From Spirochaetia bacterium (GTDB lineage Bacteria > Spirochaetota > Spirochaetia > SZUA-6 > Bin103), in contig CBDBOV010000004.1 of the NCBI GenBank assembly GCA_965208575.1, forward strand, positions 576,001 to 640,000: DNA of 64,000 bases. Reading direction: 5' to 3'. A program made the translations under genes and the position numbers. Positions 58,194 through 64,000 of this stretch are shown piece after piece. How positions within the stretch are numbered: the stretch's first letter is position 1; every line of letters begins with the position of its first letter. Below the pieces are notes generated by a model. The model searched no databases, was not told where the DNA came from, and saw only the letters and a program-made list of their open reading frames with translations.

Positions 58194-58481
58194 ATGCCAA
58201 GTATCACCGTACGCGGACTGGACGATCACGTGCTGGAGCGGATTCGGGCGTTGGCAGAGGTCGAGCGACGGAGCCTGAACAGCGAGTTGCTGGTCCTCAT
58301 CGACCGCGCGCTGGAACGGGAACTTCATTTCGCCGGCCATCGCAACGCGCCGGTGCCAAAGGGGACCCAGCTCCGGATGTGGCGACACCTGTCCGGTTGG
58401 TGGGAGGACGAACGCTCGACGGCCGAGATCATCTCGGATATCCACTCCGCTCGCACGCCGGGACGCGAGGTCGAACTGTGA
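58194..58481 (+). CDS. FitA/Arc-like RHH antitoxin
   Basis: MPSITVRGLDD..RRSLNSEL; TTGATT-N17-TATTCT upstream. Confidence 0.85.
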   Translation: MPSITVRGLDDHVLERIRALAEVERRSLNSELLVLIDRALERELHFAGHRNAPVPKGTQLRMWRHLSGWWEDERSTAEIISDIHSARTPGREVEL

Positions 58482-58867
58482 TCGTCCTCGATACCGACAC
58501 CTGCGTGGAACTGCTGCGCGGCAACCGGCGGGTCATCGAACGGCGTGCCCTCAGCGACGACTCCGTGAGCGTGTCGTTCATGTCAGCCGCCGAGTTATAC
58601 TACGGAGCGGAGCGCTCGGCGAAACCGGCTCAGAACCGGCATGCGGTCGACGCCTTGCTGCTCTCGGTGCTGGTGGTCGAGTCGGACAACGCAATCGCGC
58701 AGCAATTCGGTCAACTCAAGGCTGCATTGCGGCGCGATTCGTTGCTGGTGCCCGACGCTGACCTGTTTATTGCCGCAACCACCCTCGTTCACGGCACGCT
58801 GCTGGTCACCGGGAACGCGCGGCACTTCGAGCGGATCGATGGGTTGCGGATCGAGAGTTGGACTTAG
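58478..58867 (+). CDS. vapC: PIN-domain VapC toxin
   Basis: VLDTDTC, AELYYGA, DLFIAAT, LVTGNARHFERIDGLRIESW; GTGA overlap with the antitoxin. Confidence 0.9.
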   Translation: MIVLDTDTCVELLRGNRRVIERRALSDDSVSVSFMSAAELYYGAERSAKPAQNRHAVDALLLSVLVVESDNAIAQQFGQLKAALRRDSLLVPDADLFIAATTLVHGTLLVTGNARHFERIDGLRIESWT

Positions 58868-61800
58868 CAGGCCGTGCGGCCGCTAGCCCGCATCGCTCAC
58901 CAAGGGGATCGGCTGGCGACAGCGAGCCGCCGGCCGTGACGTCCCCGCAGGCAGGCGCCGGCGCCAGACCGCCGCATCCGGCGAGCCGCGCGCGCGCAGG
59001 CCCCCACGCGCACGCTCCGGCCGGCGGCGGTTCCGGCGCTGAGCCACGCGCCGGCCTTGCCCGCCAACCCGACGCCGGAACCAGGCCGCGCGGGACCGCG
59101 GACCGGCGCCCGGCGAAAGAAGCGCCCGCGCATGGCGGCTCGGTGCTGGCGGTGAGCGCCGACGTTGCCCGGCTGGAGCAGGCGTTCGTGGAACAGGTGG
59201 GCGCCGCCAAGCGGGCAGATCCGGCGGCGGCGGTGCTGGTGGTGGTCGGCTCCCACCTGCAGCACATCTATCTGCGCCGGCTGTTGGCCCGCTCGCTGAC
59301 CGCGGTGGCCAACGTCCGATTCGTCACGCTGATGGATCTTGCCGGTGAGCTGGCCCTGACGAGCGAAGCCGACCGCCCGACCGGCGAACACTCTGCCTTG
59401 CCGCTGCCTGACGGCGCCCACGTCCCGCTGCTGGAGCACGTGGTGGCGGAGCGCCGCTCGCGGGCCGGCGGCGACCGGGCGCACGGTCTCGCCGATGCCG
59501 GCATGGTGCACTCCGTGGCTGCCACCATCCGCGATCTGCGCGAGGGAGCGATCGACCCACCGCTGGTCGCTAGCGCCTCGCAGCGGCCGTGGCTGCGTAC
59601 GCTGGCGGGGATGGTACGGGACTATCAGGCGGCGCTGGAGCCGTTCGCGGACGCCACCGCGCGGGTTGCGCAGGCGGCCGCGGCCACTCCGGCGCAGGTG
59701 GCAGCCGCCGTGCAGCACGCGGCGCCCGGCGCGCGCGAAGTCCTGGTGTATGGCATCTACGACGCCAACGCGCTGCAGTTCGGCATGCTCGACGCGCTCT
59801 CGCGGGCACTTCCGACACGGCTGTTCCTGCCCTGGCACACGAGCACCGAGCCATTCGCGTTCGCCGCCGAGACCGTCGACCGGCTGCGCGAGCGCGGCCT
59901 GCGGCTGCACACTCTGGACGCCGACACTTCCGCACGCAAACGGCACGCAACGCGCGCCGTGTTCTCCTGTGCCGACCGCCAGGCGGAGACGGAGGAGACG
60001 GTACGCCGCGTACTGGAGGATCTTGCCGGCGGCGTGCCGGCGGCGGAAATCGCCATCCTGCACCGCATGGACCCGATCTACGACGAGCTGATCTGCGGCG
60101 TGCTCGACCGCGCCGCGGTGCCCCACTACCGCTCCGCCGGACAGCCGGTGCGGCGCACGGTAGTGGGCCGTGCTGCTCTCATCCTGCTGCAACTGCTCTA
60201 CGCCGAGCCGCATCGCGGCACGTTGCTGGAGCTGCTCTCGCTGCCGGGACTCGACCTCTCCTGGATCGAGACCGCGGCCGAGGACGCCGCGCTGACGCCA
60301 CGCCCGGCCCGTTGGGAAGCGCTGAGCAAGGAACTGGGGCTCGTCAAGGGATGGGAGGAATTCGATTCGGTGCTCGCCTTCCACCTGGAACATGGCGCGC
60401 GGGGTGACGCCGACGAACGCGCCGCCGAGTCGGTGGCCGCGGCCCGCCAACTGCAGTCGGTGGTGCGTTGCCTGGCCGGCGCCGCCGAACTGGTTCCCGG
60501 CGCCGACCGGTGGTCCACCCACGCCGACCGTTTCCTGGACCTGTTGCGGCGGTTCATGCCGCCGGAAGCGGACACGCCGGCATGGGATGCACTCGCCCAC
60601 CGCATCCGCGCGCTTGCCGTTCTGGACCGGGCGGCGACGCTCAGCGGCACGGTGGCCGCCACCCCGGAGCGGTTCCGCCAAGCCGCTGAGACCGCCATTC
60701 GCCAGGCGATCGTGTCGGGCGGCTACTTCCAGCGCAGCGGCGTGTTCGTCGGCAACGTGATGAGCGCGCGCCTGGTGCGGTTTCGCCGTGTGTACGTCAC
60801 CGGCTGTGCCGAACGCACCTTTCCACCGGTGATCCGCCAGGATCCGCTGCTGCTGGACGCAGAACGGGATCAGATCAACCGCCGCGCCGCGCACGGCAGC
60901 TACCTGCCGCTCAAGGGACGCCGGCTCGACGAGGAGCGCCTGCTGTTCGAGCTCGCCTGCCAAGCCGCAACCGAGCGGCTTACCCTCTCCTATCCGCGGC
61001 GCGGTACCAGTTCGACCAACGTGCGCCTGCCGTCGAGCTTCCTGCTGGAGGAGGTGGGCGACCTGGCCGGCGGCTTCCTGTCCGCCGAGACGCTGGAGCG
61101 CAGCGCCGGCCTCTGGTACCAGCGCATGCCGGCGCGGGTCGGCTTCGACGGCAATGGCGTCAAGGGCGCCCTGCGCGCGCTCGACGACTCCGATCTGCGC
61201 TGGCACGTACTGGAACAGGGCGGCAAGGATGCGGTGCCGGCCATCGAGCAGATCTGGCCCGCCATCGACGCGGCACGCGCCCACCAGGCGGCACGCCGCA
61301 CGCGCAACTTCGGTGCATTCGACGGCATCGTGCCGGCGGAGCTGGTCGCCGCCAACGGCATCCTGGACCGCGACCTGACCGCCACCGCGCTGGAGAACTT
61401 CGCGGTGTGCCCGTATCGGTTCTTCCTGTCGCGTGTGCTGCAGGTGCGCTCCCGCGGCGAACCGGAGCAGACCCTGGAGATCGCGCCGCTGCAACGCGGC
61501 AACCTGGTGCATGCGATCCTCGATGAGCTGGTGCAGCAGTTTCTGGCCGGCGATGCACCGTGGGCCCAGTTCATCGCCGGCGCCGACGAAGCGCTGCGCG
61601 AAATCATGGAGCGGCGCTTCGCCGAATTGCCGGCGGGAGTCACCGGCCTGCCGCTGTCCTGGAACCTGATTCGTGACCAGGTGACGCAGGAACTGGCCGC
61701 GTACGTGGATGAAGAGCGCAGCCGGGCGGCGCGGACGCGGCCTGGCTCGGCTAGGGATGCCGGCGGCGGTTGGCAGCCGGTCGCCGCCGAACGGGTGTTC

Positions 61801-62334
61801 ACCGGGGTGCCGATTGCCGCCGGCCGGCGCGGCTTGAGCTTCTCGGGCCGCATCGACCGAATTGACCGCTCGCGCGGCGCCCTGCGGATCATCGACTACA
61901 AGACCGGCGCGGCTGCCCGCGAGACCGCGGACGGCTACCGCGAAGGCCGCTCCCTGCAGCTCGCGGTCTACCTGCACGCCGCCGCCCACCTGTACCGAAG
62001 CAGCCTGGACTCCGGCAGTGCCGAACTGCACTACGTCAGCGAACGCGCCGCATACCGCCGGCTGGCGCTTGCCGGGGCGCAGCTCGCCGCCGACCCGCGC
62101 TTTGCCGAGGTGCTGGCGGCCATGGCCGAGGCAATCGCCTCCGGCGCGTTCTTCTACCAGCCGGGCGAACGGCGCGTACATTGCCGGCTGTGCGACTACC
62201 ATGACGTGTGCCACACCCGCGTCGCCGATTACGCCAAGCGCAAGGCGGATGGAAGCACCGCGATCATGGCGCCGTTCCACACCATCGCGGCGCCGCCGCC
62301 GGGCACGGCTACCGGGCGGAGACGCCAGCCTTGA
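58858..62334 (+). CDS. addB: AddB-like helicase/nuclease subunit (true start probably downstream of 58858)
   Basis: Inactive helicase scaffold; C-terminal GRIDRID..IIDYKTG..QLAVY nuclease; Fe-S cysteines CPY..C..C.....C; coupled to an addA-like gene. Confidence 0.8.
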   Translation: MDLAGRAAASPHRSPRGSAGDSEPPAVTSPQAGAGARPPHPASRARAGPHAHAPAGGGSGAEPRAGLARQPDAGTRPRGTADRRPAKEAPAHGGSVLAVSADVARLEQAFVEQVGAAKRADPAAAVLVVVGSHLQHIYLRRLLARSLTAVANVRFVTLMDLAGELALTSEADRPTGEHSALPLPDGAHVPLLEHVVAERRSRAGGDRAHGLADAGMVHSVAATIRDLREGAIDPPLVASASQRPWLRTLAGMVRDYQAALEPFADATARVAQAAAATPAQVAAAVQHAAPGAREVLVYGIYDANALQFGMLDALSRALPTRLFLPWHTSTEPFAFAAETVDRLRERGLRLHTLDADTSARKRHATRAVFSCADRQAETEETVRRVLEDLAGGVPAAEIAILHRMDPIYDELICGVLDRAAVPHYRSAGQPVRRTVVGRAALILLQLLYAEPHRGTLLELLSLPGLDLSWIETAAEDAALTPRPARWEALSKELGLVKGWEEFDSVLAFHLEHGARGDADERAAESVAAARQLQSVVRCLAGAAELVPGADRWSTHADRFLDLLRRFMPPEADTPAWDALAHRIRALAVLDRAATLSGTVAATPERFRQAAETAIRQAIVSGGYFQRSGVFVGNVMSARLVRFRRVYVTGCAERTFPPVIRQDPLLLDAERDQINRRAAHGSYLPLKGRRLDEERLLFELACQAATERLTLSYPRRGTSSTNVRLPSSFLLEEVGDLAGGFLSAETLERSAGLWYQRMPARVGFDGNGVKGALRALDDSDLRWHVLEQGGKDAVPAIEQIWPAIDAARAHQAARRTRNFGAFDGIVPAELVAANGILDRDLTATALENFAVCPYRFFLSRVLQVRSRGEPEQTLEIAPLQRGNLVHAILDELVQQFLAGDAPWAQFIAGADEALREIMERRFAELPAGVTGLPLSWNLIRDQVTQELAAYVDEERSRAARTRPGSARDAGGGWQPVAAERVFTGVPIAAGRRGLSFSGRIDRIDRSRGALRIIDYKTGAAARETADGYREGRSLQLAVYLHAAAHLYRSSLDSGSAELHYVSERAAYRRLALAGAQLAADPRFAEVLAAMAEAIASGAFFYQPGERRVHCRLCDYHDVCHTRVADYAKRKADGSTAIMAPFHTIAAPPPGTATGRRRQP

Positions 62335-64000
62335 TGCCGCAGTCACAAGACCGGGTCGCGGACCCGTCACCGGCGCCGCCCAATCCCGGAAGCGCCGCCG
62401 GCGACGCACCGGGGCAACCGGTAGACCACGAAATCCGAACCGCCGCCACCGGCGACCTGAATACCAGCTTCTTCCTGGAAGCGGGCGCCGGTACCGGCAA
62501 GACACGCATTCTGGTCGACCGCGTGGTCGAGATCGTGCGCCGCGGGGCGGCCGAAATTCGGCAGGTGGTGGTGATCACGTTCACCGAAAAGGCGGCCGGC
62601 GAACTGCGCGCGCGAATCCGGGACAGTCTGCACGGTGAGATCGAACATGCCGCCGAGCCGCACCGCTCCCGCTGTCGTGCCGCTCTGCGTGACCTTGTGA
62701 GCGCTCACATTGAAACCATCCATGCCTTCGCATCCAGTCTGTTGCGCGAGTTTCCGCTCGAGGCGGGCGTCAATCCCGGATTTCAGCAGCTCGACGAGGT
62801 GGCCAGCCGGGTCGACTTCCAGGAGCAGTGGGACGACTGGATCTGGAACGTCGAAGGGCCCCGCCTTGCCGCCGTGGAGTACTGCTTACGCCTGGGCATG
62901 TCGCTCGACACCGTCCACGAGGTGGCCGGCATCCTGGACCGCCACCGCGAGCTGCGGCTGTCCGGCGCGGCCACGCACAGCCCGGACGCGGTCCGATTCC
63001 TGCAGCGCATGCGGGATCTGCGCGCCGCGGGCGATCGCCTGGCCGAGGCCTGCACCGGGGACCACGACCGCGGCCTCGCCAGTTTCCGCAAGTTGCGCGA
63101 TCAATTGATTGCGGTGGAACAACTTGCCCGTGCCGTACCAGGGCCTCGCCGGAACGTCCTCATCGAGGCGGCGCTGCATGCCGTGTGGTTTCGGCCGGCG
63201 CAGGGGAACCGCCGCAACTGGCGCTCGGAGCAGGCGCTGGAGGAGATGCGCGCGCTGCAGCGCGAGGCCCACGACCAACTCGTGCGCTTCCATGCCCGGC
63301 TCAACGACGGCGCCCTGCACCGCCTCGCCGGTGCGCTGACCGTGTTCGTCAGCAACGCGGCGTCCGAACGGCGGCGTGCCGGCAAGCTCAACTTCGACGA
63401 CCTGTTGATCGAGGCGCGGGCCCTGGTCGCCGGCAACGCTGCCGTGCGCACTGCGCTGCGCGACCGGTACCGCTTTCTCCTGGTCGACGAATTCCAGGAC
63501 ACCGACCCGCTGCAGGCCGAGATGGTGTTTCTGCTCGCCGCCGACGAACCACCTGCGCCGTCCGCGAGCCCCCGCCCCTCCTGGCAGGAAGTGGTGCTGC
63601 TGCCGGGCAAGCTGTTCATCGTGGGCGATCCGAAGCAGTCGATCTACCGCTTTCGGCGTGCCGACATCGACACCTACCTGCGCGCCAAGGAAGTGTTTCG
63701 CCGCCAGCCGGACGGGCAGGCGCGGATCGCGACGGTGTCGCAGAACTTCCGCTCGGTGCCGGAGATCACCGACTGGGTGAACGCCACGTTCGCCGCCGTG
63801 CTGGGGCCCAACGCACGGTTTCCGGGCGCCCAACCGGCCTACCGGCCCATTCACGCCTACCGCGACGCCGCGGGGCACGCGCGGGTCACGCTGATGTACC
63901 CCGCAACCGACCTGCATGACACCAAGCTCGCCGAACTGCGCCGTGCCGAGGCCGCCGCGGTGACGCGCCTGATCGCGGACCTGGTCGGCAACCCGCGTTG
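62334..64000 (+). CDS. addA: AddA-like UvrD helicase/nuclease subunit, N-terminal part (runs off window)
   Basis: TGATG coupling; EAGAGTGKT, ITFTEKAAGEL, TIHAF, LVDEFQDT, VGDPKQSIYRFRRAD, QNFRS. Confidence 0.88.
   Translation, partial: MPQSQDRVADPSPAPPNPGSAAGDAPGQPVDHEIRTAATGDLNTSFFLEAGAGTGKTRILVDRVVEIVRRGAAEIRQVVVITFTEKAAGELRARIRDSLHGEIEHAAEPHRSRCRAALRDLVSAHIETIHAFASSLLREFPLEAGVNPGFQQLDEVASRVDFQEQWDDWIWNVEGPRLAAVEYCLRLGMSLDTVHEVAGILDRHRELRLSGAATHSPDAVRFLQRMRDLRAAGDRLAEACTGDHDRGLASFRKLRDQLIAVEQLARAVPGPRRNVLIEAALHAVWFRPAQGNRRNWRSEQALEEMRALQREAHDQLVRFHARLNDGALHRLAGALTVFVSNAASERRRAGKLNFDDLLIEARALVAGNAAVRTALRDRYRFLLVDEFQDTDPLQAEMVFLLAADEPPAPSASPRPSWQEVVLLPGKLFIVGDPKQSIYRFRRADIDTYLRAKEVFRRQPDGQARIATVSQNFRSVPEITDWVNATFAAVLGPNARFPGAQPAYRPIHAYRDAAGHARVTLMYPATDLHDTKLAELRRAEAAAVTRLIADLVGNPR

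Noticed and set aside
11233-58867. Integron cassette array explaining the many TA pairs
   Set aside because: No IntI, no recurring attC-like sites found by eye, and genes lie in mixed orientations
58897-62505. 1202-aa antisense ORF and similar long shadow ORFs (6423-8099, 12121-14076)
   Set aside because: Antisense shadows of GC-rich genes with no recognisable motifs
58858-64000. Novel helicase-nuclease defence system or Cas4
   Set aside because: Size, order, translational coupling and motifs fit ordinary AddAB repair genes

Overview
GC-rich bacterial chromosomal window. The solute-binding-protein N-termini look Spirochaetota-like, but that is a weak inference. The left end carries catabolic genes, tRNA-Arg(CCG) and a sugar-type ABC operon. 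The right end carries addB/addA-like helicase-nuclease genes. Between them lies about 50 kb of patchwork accessory DNA: four family-5 (Dpp/Opp-type) solute-binding proteins (SBPs), three of them with permeases and none with an ATPase; five intact toxin-antitoxin pairs plus decayed ones; an Rpn nuclease; a long HNH protein; two apparently identical ISKra4-like IS copies; and many gene fragments. Most notable: (1) three SBP operons share a ~490-bp promoter plus hairpin-rich leader (with a compensatory base-pair change) and the signal peptide, fused to divergent SBP bodies, one visibly AT-richer; (2) both IS copies sit in the same orientation with their target duplication exactly 7 bp from a TTGACG -35 box, and a third IS-end-like motif lies 15 bp from the ggt promoter next to the HNH gene; (3) intergenic spaces are largely built from shards of genes, several with a full-length copy in the same window. 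All alignments, percentages and family calls were made by eye; no searches were run.
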